Origin: Sphyrna mokarran
Taxonomy: Eukaryota
Assembly: GCA_024679065.1 (NCBI GenBank)
Contig: JAGIQG010000028.1
Location: 23,002,001 to 23,066,000 of the forward strand
Length of the DNA: 64,000 nucleotides
Direction: 5' to 3'
In this document: in pieces, positions 25,259 through 36,732 of the stretch
How the letters are laid out: each line of letters starts with the position of its first letter
Numbering within the stretch: the stretch's first letter is position 1
Position numbers and translations under genes: made by a program
Notes under the pieces: model-generated
Database searches by the model: none
What the model saw: the letters and a program-made list of their open reading frames with translations, nothing else
Told to the model about the DNA's origin: nothing

Positions 25259-26184
25259 GTATGTGTTTACTGAGCAGAGGCACAGCTTGTGTAAAGATGT
25301 GGTACTGCAATCCAAATCATGGAATGGCTTGGTGAAAATAAGGAATATCTGTTTTAAATTAACTATATCCTCAAAATGTTTTTGAATTTAAATAACATTT
25401 GTACATTGTCTGCTATTTTGCTGAAGAGATGAGAAGTACGTTGACTTAAGATTAATGTTATTCAAGATTGCCATTGTTGCAGAATCATTCTCTGATGCAC
25501 CTCAGGATGATGGGATGTGGATGTGTGTTCATATTCCCTACATATTGTGCTCCTGGTTCAATCCTGGCTTAATAAGAAAATTATTACTCAAATTGGATGG
25601 GTTGAAGAAATGTAGAAAAAATGTTCTATTGAATTATCTATAATTCTGAAAGATTTTCATTTCCCTTATGCATTCTATAACAAGTGTGCATTTCCTTACT
25701 TTCTCATACTTCACATAAAAAGTATAGAAAGTAACTCTTGAGTCTATACTCCAGCAACATTTCATGGCATGGGAGGATGTTAATGGTTCTTCAAATACGT
25801 GCAAAACAAAAGATCTGCTATGAATCACACACAAAGGTGACAAGCCTACAAGTGATCCACAATTTATATTACAAGAACCAGTGTTTTGGATGACTTATGT
25901 GATTCTTAATTTGATTTTACTTTGTGAAATCTACCATAAAATTCAAGTCAGTTAGTCTATTCAGTAAATGTATGGCAAAGTATGATCTAGGGAATGACAC
26001 CTTTGTTGCTGAAATGATTGAGGTCTGGAGAAAGTTAGCAGTAGACTACATGACCACAGTGAAGTAATCTTTTAAGTATGTATTTAACATATAGTCAAAT
26101 TGAAGATAATTCAAAAAATAAGCAGAGTAGTGTTCTGGTGACATAATATGTTTTCGAATTTTTTTTGTTTGGGACCCCTTGCAG

Positions 26185-26336
26185 AAACGGAAAGCGAGAA
26201 TGAATTTCGACCACTGGATGACCGAATAGATGAGTTTCATCCCAAGGCTACAAGAACGTTATTTATTGGGAACCTAGAGAAAACCACAACCTATGGAGAT
26301 CTTCGAAACATCTTTGAACGCTTTGGAGAAATTGTG
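26185..26336 (+). CDS. SPEN: SPEN coding exon: linker and start of RRM3
   Basis: Acceptor ccccttgcag, donor GTG|gtatgt, 152 nt. Encodes (E)TESENEFRPLDDRIDEFHPKATRTLFIGNLEK...FGEIV; RNP2 motif LFIGNL. Confidence 0.96.
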
Positions 26337-26989
26337 GTATGTACGTTGCTTGGATTGGTAATTGTTGAGTGACAGGATTTCATCATTTTTGAAACTCTTC
26401 AACTGGAAGTGTAATTTATTTAAAGCTGTATGTTTTTTAAGGTATCCATTATCTACATTTTAGTTATCCTTCAACTTGATTATCTTTCAGAATTTTTGCA
26501 GCATGAGGTCTTGTGTAAAATATGCCATTGTACATCTGACCTGTGTTTCATATCTTTGTCTCTTGGGTGAATAATTGACGTTTGTTGTTTATTTCGTATT
26601 TGTCTTCATTCCAATTACCTAATGATCATCCTGGGAGTGGGTAAAAGTGAGCACCAGGTCAAGATGATGTGCTTGATATGGGAGAATGAAACTCAGTCAA
26701 CTCTGGCAGACTCCAGATACCTGAGCTAAGCAGGTCAGCAATATTCAGGGGCATTCCTGAGGATTTCTCAAGCAGCCTGATTTGTTAATAGGATCTGGAG
26801 CGTGAAAAAAACTGGTTAAATCCCTTCACTGTCCCAACTAAGGGTCCAGGAATCAATAGAGATGAGTGAGGAGCAGGCAGATGGATGGAATAGGATTTAG
26901 TATAGGAAAGCATATAGGCAGCACAGATTTTGAAGGGACTGTGTTAATTTTGTTTTATCATTTCACACAAAATGGATTCTGTCAAATAC

Positions 26990-29300
26990 TAATGACCACC
27001 AACTCTCAGGCACGCCTTCCTACCTTGTCCTTGCCCTGGCTAATGACTCTACTACTGCACATCAAGCCATCAGGGCTGTCATAGACCTCTTCTTCTCTGG
27101 AGATCCACCACCCACAGCTTTGTACTTTATAGTCTCCCAATCGTGAACAGCGCACTTCTACCTCTTTTCCAAAATCATCAAACAGAATTGTCCAGACAGA
27201 TCCATTGTTTTACACTATATCTACTCCATTGAACCAATTTCTTACCATCTTGATTCTGTTGTTCTTTTCTTGATTCTATTCTTGATTCTAGGGTGGCACG
27301 GTGGTTAACATTACTGCCTCACAGCACCAGGGACCTGGGTTCGATTCCTTATTTGGACCGCTGTCTGTGCAGAGTCTGCACATTCTCCCTGTGTTTGCAT
27401 GGGTTTTCGCCAGGTGCTTTGATTTCCTTCCACAGTCTGAAAGATGTGATGGTTATGTGCATTGGCCGTGCTAAATTCTCCGACAGTGTACCTGATCAGG
27501 TGCAGGAGTGTGTGACTAGGAGATTTTCACAGTAACTTCATTAAGTATTAATATAAGCCAACTTGTGACATTAACAAAATAAACTATTTTTTCTTCCCTC
27601 GTCAAGTCTCTTTTTACTTCCATTTGTGATTCTTCTCATACTGACATCGTTTCAACATTATTTACAGTTTCCTGGCCCTAACTGCCATCTCTTCCCTATG
27701 AAAGTCCAATTCCTGTACATATCTCCCAGCAGGATGGGCTCTCTGCTTCTTCCTTGAGCAGAGGCCCACTCTACTCCACTTGCCTTGCATTGTTTTGTCA
27801 TTGAACAATTTCTCATTTAACTTATCTCATTTCCTTTGAATAAAAGATGTGGCTTTGGAAACCTGATTAAGCCCTATTTATGTCTGTCTATTTCTAGTGT
27901 ATGTGAAACATTGCTCATTTCAGTCCTACAACTCTTTCTGGAATCGTGGTGCTACCTGCTGTCTTTGGAACTCGAAAAATAATCATTTTTATTTATTTTC
28001 ACCCTTCTTTCATGTTCAAATGGTATACTTCTATTCTCTTCCTTGACTTCTGGCTTTTCATTTCTGGAGATAGACAACCTTTGAGATTCATTACGAACTC
28101 AACAATGCCCACAAATAGCTGGACTACACTTGCTCACACCCTGCTTCCTGTAGGGACTTTATCCATTCTCCTAGTTTCTCCACCTCTGTTGCATCTGTTT
28201 TGATGATGCTACAGTTCATAATGGCACTTCCAACATTCCTTTCTCCCTAACTGTGGTTGATAATGCCCTCAATTGTGTCTGACCCATTTGCCATACTGCC
28301 CTCACCACATCCCCTCCGTCCCAGAACCATACTGTGTTCCTTTTACCCTTATTAACCCACACCCAACCTCCCCCAACAATCTTTGTATTTAAAGGATTAT
28401 CTTTTGCCTTTTCTACCATCTCCAGCATGATGTTACCATAAATACATCTTCACTTCCCCCATCAGCATTCCAAAGGAACTGCTCCCTCCATGGTTCATAT
28501 TCTGCTACCAGCAACACCTCAGACCACTTTCCATGCAGGAGTTGTATTGCCTGCCCCTCTACCTCCTCACTCCTCATTGTCTAAAGCCCTAAACACACTT
28601 TCAGTGAAGCAGCAATTTACTTGTACTACTTTTAATTTAGTCTGCGCTGTTTATTGCTCAGTGTGGTCCCATTTACATTAGGGAGACCAAATGCAGACTG
28701 GATGACCATTTTTTGAATGCCTCCACTCGAGTCGGCAAGCATGACTCCAATCTTCCAGTTACTTGCTATTTCAATTCATCATCTTGCTCTCACGCTCCAG
28801 TTTCAGCCTTTAGCCTACTAGAATGTCCAATGAAGCTCAACAGAAGCTGGAGGAACAGCATCTCATCTTCCATAGGGCACTTTACAACCTTCTGGATTAA
28901 ACATTGAGCTAGACAACTTCAGACTACAATCCCTATCCTCCATTTTGAATTTTGTTTTTGCCAAGTCCCACTTTGTATCTTGTTTTTGCTTTCACACTGA
29001 GTTGACCTTTATTCTGCTATTAATGTCTATTCCAGAACTATGCTGATTTTTTTAAATAAAGCACAACAACTCCCTTTACTTATTGTTCCATGACATCTTT
29101 GGAATTTAATCTCTCCCATCTTCTAACCCATCTCTGACCTTCCCTTTGGTTGCATCTGACGCTCTCCCCTTTTTCAACAGCATAAAACTCATCACATTTC
29201 TACCTGTCCAGTTCTGAAGAAATCATATTGGATTGGAAATATTAACTCTCAGGCGCTTCCAGACTTGTCTAGTTTTCCCAGAACTTTCTATTTTTATTAC
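26990..29300 (+). mobile_element. Penelope-like element (RT plus GIY-YIG), decayed, with nested SINE
   Basis: Remnants of TA.FYL..KI.KQ.CP.R.IV, LNNFSFN, K.VA.G, and FTCT.FNLV..V.C..C...YI.ETK.RL.D.F, followed by a terminal repeat. Confidence 0.75.
27291..27585 (+). mobile_element. V-SINE with alternative tail, nested in the Penelope element
   Basis: Head gggtggcacggtggttaac, B-box ggttcgattcc, tail gattttcacagtaacttcatt...cttgtgac. Confidence 0.8.
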
Positions 29301-29399
29301 TAAAACTTGAAGCATAATTTCCAAACTGAATTGCACAGTATGTAAAATGTTCCATTTCCAAATGATAGCATAAAGTGCCAAATGCGTCAAAGAATTGAA

Positions 29400-29600
29400 G
29401 TAAAATCAGAAAATGCTGGAAAATCTCTACAAGTCTGGCAGCATTCATGGGGAGAAAACAGAACCAATGTTTCAAGTCTAAATGACCATTGTCAGAGCTC
29501 TTGCTCTATTTTCTCCCCACAGATGCTGTCAGACATTTTGAGATTTTCCAGCATTTTCTGTGTTTCTTTCAGATTCTGGCATCCTCAGTATTTTGTCAAA
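29400..29600. repeat. Foldback element built from Penelope-type terminal sequence
   Basis: Perfect 21-bp arms at 29407-29427 and 29540-29560, with further imperfect pairing inward. Confidence 0.75.
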
Positions 29601-29713
29601 GAATTATAGTAGTTTGAACTGGATGTCTGATTGGTGCTATGTTTTTGACATAATTAATGCACCACCATCCATGAGGAGTAATGAGGCTGATTCTTGCTCA
29701 AATGAACAAGACA

Positions 29714-29876
29714 GGGTGGGATTTTACTCCCTCTCGTGGCGGGACCGTATGCATCTGTGGTTGTCAACAGGATTTCCTGTTAAATGCAATTCTTGCCGCT
29801 GGGAAATCTGCAAGTGGGGTGCACCATCAGCGGGATCGTAAGATCCTGCTGGCATAAATGGTGGCAAGATTTTGGC
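29714..29876. mobile_element. Short MITE-like element
   Basis: CpG-rich; termini gggtgggatttt / aagattttggc; homologous to 6838-7006 in the opposite orientation. Confidence 0.5.
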
Positions 29877-30226
29877 AATAGTAACTTTATTGTCTATGTA
29901 GAAGTCTCAAAACTTGTAGACATGAATCCTGCATGTGATTCAGATGTGGCACTGCATTTCCTCAAGTAACAGTCTCATTTTCTTCTCTGTGCTCCCTCAG
30001 ACCCTAATGCAAATGACAATGGATTAATGTGATACTTTACATTCGCATATAAAAAAAACTTCAAACTAAAATTTAGATGTTACGTTCACTCCCCTATTTA
30101 TTTTAATGAGGAAAGCAAAAAGAAGAAAACAATTACAACAGAAGTCTTTGAAATTCGGCAAGAATGTGTTTTTTGTGATGAGGCACAGTCAAAAAGTCCA
30201 TGCTTTTTTTTTATTTGAAATGACAG

Positions 30227-30352
30227 GATATTGACATCAAGAAGGTAAATGGGGTTCCTCAATACGCCTTCCTACAGTACTGTGACATTGCAAGTGTCTG
30301 CAAAGCCATCAAGAAAATGGACGGAGAGTACTTAGGAAATAATCGGCTCAAG
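30227..30352 (+). CDS. SPEN: SPEN coding exon: RRM3
   Basis: Acceptor tgacag, donor AAG|gtcagg, 126 nt. Encodes DIDIKKVNGVPQYAFLQYCDIASVCKAIKKMDGEYLGNNRLK. Not in the ORF track; read by eye. Confidence 0.96.
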
Positions 30353-32017
30353 GTCAGGAAGGAGAAATACAGTCATTTGCTTATCAGGAATATTCACTTA
30401 TCAGGAATTCACAGTGAAATATTAGTAAGAATTTTCTGTTGAACAATTTCTTGTATACTGTTTTTTGTTGTAACTTTACTTTTGTAATATTCCCCTCTGT
30501 TTTCTTGAGTTACTTCTCTCTTTCCTCCCTCCAAGTTTAATATTGTTCTCCTTGGCATGTTAGGTAGAATGTCCAACCTGCAGAGGTGTTTCTGTGGATG
30601 TAATCAGTGCCACTTTTGGTCGTCCAACCTGGGCTGTGATTGAGCAGTGTGTGAAGGCAAGCATCACTGTTCTTCTCTCAGATGGGGTTGAGACATGCAA
30701 AGTTGAACTGAGCTCTGGGAGAAGCCCAAGTGCAATTGTTACCTGAAACTGGTCTCCCCTGATTGAAAATTCATTAATCTAGATTGTAGTATTGGTCTGT
30801 TCTACTTTCCCCTTTCCTGCAAATTATTTTTCAACCATGTCATCCTGCAGCTAATGTAACAACCTTGGCAAATGAGTTTCTTCTGGACATCACCAGTTTT
30901 AACATCTGCATAATTTGTAATGTGCAAGAATGATTCCACTGAATTCATGCTTCAGTTCCTCACTTCCATTTGGAAAATTGCTTTTTTCCTTAACTGGTAC
31001 TTAATTGACTGAAATTGGGAACTCACTATGTGGAGACTCATAGAGTAAGAACGCATGTTCTGCAACATGATGCAGTGACCTTTCTTGCATTTTTGTAGCT
31101 AGAATTGAAAACTAAAATTCATCAATTGTACATTTTGCATTTCTTTAACTAATGAATCTGGATGTAGAGAAAATTGTAAGACTATGTAAGGAATTATACA
31201 GACTAAGTTAAGCTATAATTCTGCTAATATGGAATCTATGCAGTGCACTTGCTTAATAAAAATGTCGGTGAACTTTCAGTCAGCCCAAATGCATATGATA
31301 GGCAGAGACCAAAAATAATGATTGATTTTTCAATTACTATTTAATTAACAATAGTAATCGTGTAATTTTTGAAGTAGAATTGATTACAAAAACAATTTGA
31401 GTGATCCCTTTAGCATTGTTGTATTTGTATAAATTTCTACTGCTTATCCGATTGGAATTATATTGGTCTTTTATATAAATGTAAAAAATGTTTTCAGATC
31501 AGACTGTTGGATGTTAACGTTTCAGGACATTTTGTCCTGGAGTTATTGAATATGGGTTTGTGTTAGTGTTTTGTGAGCAATTAATTCAGCTCTGGATTAA
31601 TAGATGGGATAGGAAAAACGCACCTCCAAATGGAACAAAGGAAATTTGGAATGTTTTCCCAATCAACTCATGCACTTCCGAAAGACCAGTTCCAGGAGAA
31701 CATTGAAAGGCTGGGCTCTGTTTCAGCTCTTAAATAATGAATGATCCAAAGATACCTGAAATGAAATGAAGTGAAATGAATAACATGTTCACAAAACAAT
31801 TTAAATTATTTATAGAGCTGCATCATGTTTCTATACCAATTATCTCCTTTGAAAAATTTCATATAATTCTATATTACAGTGAAGACTAGTAGTAGTTGTA
31901 AATTTTGGGGATATCAGTTAATTAGATTTTGTTATATACATTTGTGAAAATCTTTAATACTACTTAGCTCTATTGTATTCAGGTCAGTAAGTTTTATTAC
32001 AGTTAAAATACACCTAT

Positions 32018-32038
32018 TCTCTCTCTCTCTCTCTCTCT
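32018..32038 (+). repeat. (TC)n microsatellite serving as polypyrimidine tract
   Basis: About 10 TC units just before the acceptor at 32045-32046. Confidence 0.9.
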
Positions 32039-32046
32039 TTCTTCAG

Positions 32047-32160
32047 CTGGGCTTTGGAAAGAGCATGCCAACTAACTGTGTATGGCTGGATGGTCTGTCT
32101 TCAAACATTACTGAACAATACTTATCCAGACATTTCTGTCGTTATGGACCTGTGCTCAAA
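32047..32160 (+). CDS. SPEN: SPEN coding exon: end of RRM3 and start of RRM4
   Basis: (CT)n tract then cttcag acceptor, donor AAA|gtaagt, 114 nt. Encodes LGFGKSMPTNCVWLDGLSSNITEQYLSRHFCRYGPVLK. Confidence 0.96.
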
Positions 32161-33535
32161 GTAAGTGTCTTGTTGCATACATCCACTTACATTTTACAAC
32201 TTATTAAAGCTGGCAGCAAAATAATTTTTCATAAATTTTCCAATTTATCTTTGCAAATCTAATAATTAATAGGGTTTTGAGAAAATTTATGATTTTAATT
32301 TTCCTCTCCAAAATACTCCAATACATTTCATGTTCTGATGAGACAAAATGGCATCTAATATACAGTTGTGGATACACTGATTTGATTAGTTTTCACCTTT
32401 AAAAACGAGGAACCTACCATAAAAAATGGCATTTTAATCATAGGATTTGAATATGATCTCTTTGAATGAGTTTATAATTCTTCTTTGAAATACGTCAATT
32501 CCATTATCAGGTTATATTTGTTTCCTAAGGCAGTTTAAACATTAGATCGCTGAAAATGGATTCATCTATCAGCCTCAGTGATGTCACCATCAAAACAGTC
32601 TATTTCATAATGTTTTTATCCTTTGCATTTAAAAAAAACAGTACAAATACTCAGAATCTGAAATAAAAACAGAAGACATTGGAAATGCAGCAGTTCAGTG
32701 CAGATCCTTTCTCTGAGCTCAATTTTTATGAAGGCTCCCAATGAAGCATTGAGCTGTCTTTTCTCTTTCAGATGCTGACTGAACGATTATCTATTTCCAA
32801 TATTTTTGTTGGTTTTACCAAAAAATAATCTAAGTCCTCTTAGGAAAATGAACTTGTGCAGCTGCTTCTCATCCATCCATTTCATAGTTTGAAGTGGGTA
32901 TGTGGAACTGAATGCTGAACTTTAGTGCTGGCACTAAAGAGCCACTATTCATGCTGTAATTTGTGTTGGGTGATGCCAGAGGGCCATGGTCTTGGCTATC
33001 AGCATTGTAAGTTTTCAGATTGACTGTTGGAACAATAATCACATAATGATTCTTAATAGTTCATAAAAATGATATAGAAATGAGTAACTAGCACGTGATT
33101 CAGAAATTTAGTTTTCATTTCAACTGTTCAATGGTCTGAAAAGACCAATTGCACAACATAGCATTCTCTATATCTATGACTCTTCTATCGACCTGCCATT
33201 TACTATATCACTCTCTGAAACATTTCCTCTCTAATGACAGATTTTGTTACAGGGTCCTCACTAATGCACCAAACTGTATAAAGCATGCGTTTTTATTTTA
33301 CACCCTTCACTGTCATCTCTATTGATGATACTTCTGATAGAACATCTATTTATGTCTCTGTTGCTTACAGACAAATTATATCAAACTCCATTTTGGTAAC
33401 TTGTCCCTTCTCTGATAACACATTTGTATGGATCCCCAGGACAGTGCTCTGGAGGGGTTCTGCTGTATATCTATCAGTTACTTGCCATTCCTATTCAGGG
33501 AACTAGCTGACTTCTTTCTTTACCTCCTGGGACAG

Positions 33536-33649
33536 ATTGTGTTGGATCGTCAGAAAGGAATGGCTCTGGTGTTGTACGATGAAATTGAATGCGCACAAAC
33601 AGCGGTGCAGGAGACCAAGGGCAGGAAGATTGGAGGAAATAGAATAAAG
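33536..33649 (+). CDS. SPEN: SPEN coding exon: RRM4
   Basis: Acceptor gggacag, donor AAG|gttagt, 114 nt. Encodes IVLDRQKGMALVLYDEIECAQTAVQETKGRKIGGNRIK. Confidence 0.95.
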
Positions 33650-34180
33650 GTTAGTATGAGAGAGTTCATGGGGATACTAACAGTGCACTTCTTGTTCTCT
33701 TCACCCTTCTGTATCCTTTCTTTTTTCACTCTTTTTCTGCACATGTACATAAACATAGCAGTGTTTCCTATTTTCTCAGGCATACTCCCTTTCCACCCCT
33801 CCCCAATCTCATGGCATTACGCATGATAAAAAACAAGATACATTCTGTGTAAAACCAGAGCATGAAATAGTACCAAGTATTGGAGGGGATTGGAAGTTAA
33901 AAACTGGAGAAAAAAACCCAGGAAGTTAAAATTAATATTTTGCAAATTTAAAAAGCAGAATTTATTGGCTTCTGCAGTTCAAAGTGGTATTGTGGTTGGC
34001 ACATAAACTGGAAAAACAGTTTAATGCCTTACAAGGATCAGAAACATGTAAAAAAAAAACACCATTTGCTGCCAGTTCAACTTTGCAATCAAATATCCAG
34101 TTGTTATTGTATGACTTTCCCTTGTTTAATAAGCATTGCCTCAGCTATAAATATCTAACAATGAGACTTCTCCCTTGTAG

Positions 34181-34281
34181 GTCGATTTTGCAAATCGCGA
34201 GAGTCAATTGGCATTTTATCGTTCAATGGAAGTCTCTGGGCAGGATATCAGGGATTTATATGAAATCTTTGCTGAGAGAAG
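34181..34281 (+). CDS. SPEN: SPEN coding exon: end of RRM4 and following helix; ends at a GC donor
   Basis: Acceptor cccttgtag, donor AG|gcaagt, 101 nt. Encodes VDFANRESQLAFYRSMEVSGQDIRDLYEIFAER(R). Only the GC donor keeps frame with the next exon. Confidence 0.92.
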
Positions 34282-36732
34282 GCAAGTGAAAAAGTTTTTT
34301 TTTTAAGACAAAGGCTTCTCAAATGATAACTATACTGTCAAAGTGTCAGTTTTTCATAGACTGTGCATTTACTACATCTATTATGTTTAAGGTTTTTACT
34401 TCGATAATGTTTAGACGATTTGTCACAACAATTTAATCCAACAACGTCAGTTAACTTTGGCAAATATATAAGCAATTGTGATTTTTAAGTTAAGTGTAAT
34501 ACTGTAAGGAAAGGAAATGTTTTCTGCATACTAACTTATTTCTTTTGTCTTATAGCATTATGTAAAACTAAGCCTTTTTCAGCTGGATTTCTGACTGCAC
34601 ACGCTCATACACTAAATCATTTTAAACTTTTACGGCCATATTTTACATATGCAGTTACGGTCAAATTAGTTTTTAAGACAAACTGTGACTCCACTGACTT
34701 GATGAATATCCTAATGTATTTGTCAATCCAAGAGTCATCTTCTATCAGGACAAAAAACTGTGAAGAAACTTACAGGAATCAAATTTTAAGCTAGAGCAGT
34801 GTAAAAATAGTTCAGTCTCAAAAATTACACAGTTTATAAGTTAAAGCAATACATGGCAAGATCATCAGTTTGCTTTGTAGATGAATCATTCTTTTCCTCA
34901 GTCAGCAAGTCTGAGTGAGGTTCTTTGGAGTATTACTTGATTTCCTAGGTTAGATGCTGACTGGTTACAGATGGTCAGTGTGACATAGGCTGTAGTGGTT
35001 GTACTAATTTAGGTATTTGTCATTAAGCTACGGCTTTTTTAGTTGATTCTAGGAAAATCTCGTGCTTGTCATGCATGCAAGATATTTTGATGTGACCAGG
35101 TAATTGTTCCATGTTGTCTCCTTGTCATATAAAACCCCAATAGGTCAGCTTTAAAACACTTCATATTTTCTCAATTAAAGCAATTTATTCTTAAGCTTAG
35201 ATTAGTCCTTCTAGTTTTTAAAATATAGTTTGCAAGTATATTCTATTTTCAGAGCCAATGAGTCCTTGTCGGATGTTTCCCCTGGAATGGGGAACTTGCT
35301 GGTCCTCAAGCATAAATATCAGTGAAACATTGCTGTCCTTTCCAAACAGAAAAAAACCAAATTGATGCCAGTTTACAGATTTAGCTACAAGCAATAGTCT
35401 TTCCAAATTATATGGTAACAATTACCATATAATTTGGTAATTCAGGGGGCTATAGGAGTCAGCAAAGCAAATGAGTACAAACAAAACAAACTTCAGGAGA
35501 TTGAGGTAGAAAATTGTAATTTTAACTGTCAGCCATGGTCATCTTCTAACAGGGCTATTATTTGGTATATCTATCAGCAGCTCATAATACATATTGCCTA
35601 CATCATTAAAAGCACATATTGGAACAGTATATCAACACCAACCTCTGTCAAAGTTTAAATAAATCGTGAGATGCACTGTTCGTTCCACATTGTTGATTAG
35701 CATAATTTGGACATAAAATGCCTATTGTGGAACCTATCACCTCTGCCTGCTATATTTGCCTTGAGTTTCCAAATCAAGCCCCTAACATGGCAACTGAACT
35801 GTGTATCTCAAGGCAAAATTAAGAATCAGGAAAAGCAATAGAAAGACAGGTTACAAGCAATTTGTATTTTGAGTCATTGATCTCAATAAACATTGTCCTT
35901 GATTCAACTATGTAAAGTACTAAGTGATGACACTCAAAGATGTCAGTCACCAGAATCAGTCAAGCTACTTTTGACCCCTATCATGGGTGAAGAATATATT
36001 TCATTCAAAGACTAAAGGAAGATGGTTCATTTTTAAGAAAATTGATTTGTTTTCCACTTGAGGAATCTAATGTGCATCTTCTATATATTTTTGCAGTAAA
36101 AATTTACAAGCATACAAACAATATTATGTTAAATATTCTAATTTTGAAACAGAATAGTGATTAAAGAAAAGATTAACAACATCTCAACAAATTATCTTCC
36201 AAGTTCCAATGCCATTTTAAATTTGTTACATCCAGTCCTGTGGAAAAAAGCTCTTAACTTGACAAACTTTTATTTACATAGTCACACAAATCTTCTCAAC
36301 TCTTGCACAGCCCACCCTGGAATCCTGACTAGATACAAATTTCCCTGCAAGTAGTTTATCTGCAAGTGGCATTGTTTAAGTGGTCAGCTATTTATAGTGC
36401 TGCGAGATTTATCAATCTGGTAGAAAATGAGACATCACGTTATGAGCTAGAGTCTTGCCTTAGTCATCATCTGCACCCAAGCATTTTATGTTTGGGATCC
36501 AGAAGTAGGAAAACTGACACATTCTCCTCTCAAACTACTAAATGAATTCAACATACTTTAGTTGCAGTTAGCTAACAAAGATCACCATAAGCCCAGGCAG
36601 TGGAATTCTCCTTGAGCTAGTTCAGAAAGTTGAATGAATCCCCTTCCCACATTCAATTAATTTTGTACAGCCATTGATTTGTTGGGGGAAACAATTACAT
36701 TTCAATTAATGTGTATTTTTTTTCATTAACAG

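Noticed and set aside
27291-27350. tRNA gene candidates at SINE heads
   Set aside because: A/B boxes run straight into the SINE core; no complete cloverleaf.
30380-30412. Roughly 17-nt tandem duplication (cttatcaggaa) after a donor; similar ones near 16740 and 45990
   Set aside because: Ordinary slippage duplications with no functional sign.
34286-34291. Canonical GT donor (gtgaaa) for the 34181 exon
   Set aside because: Poor consensus, and it shifts the frame relative to the 36733 acceptor.
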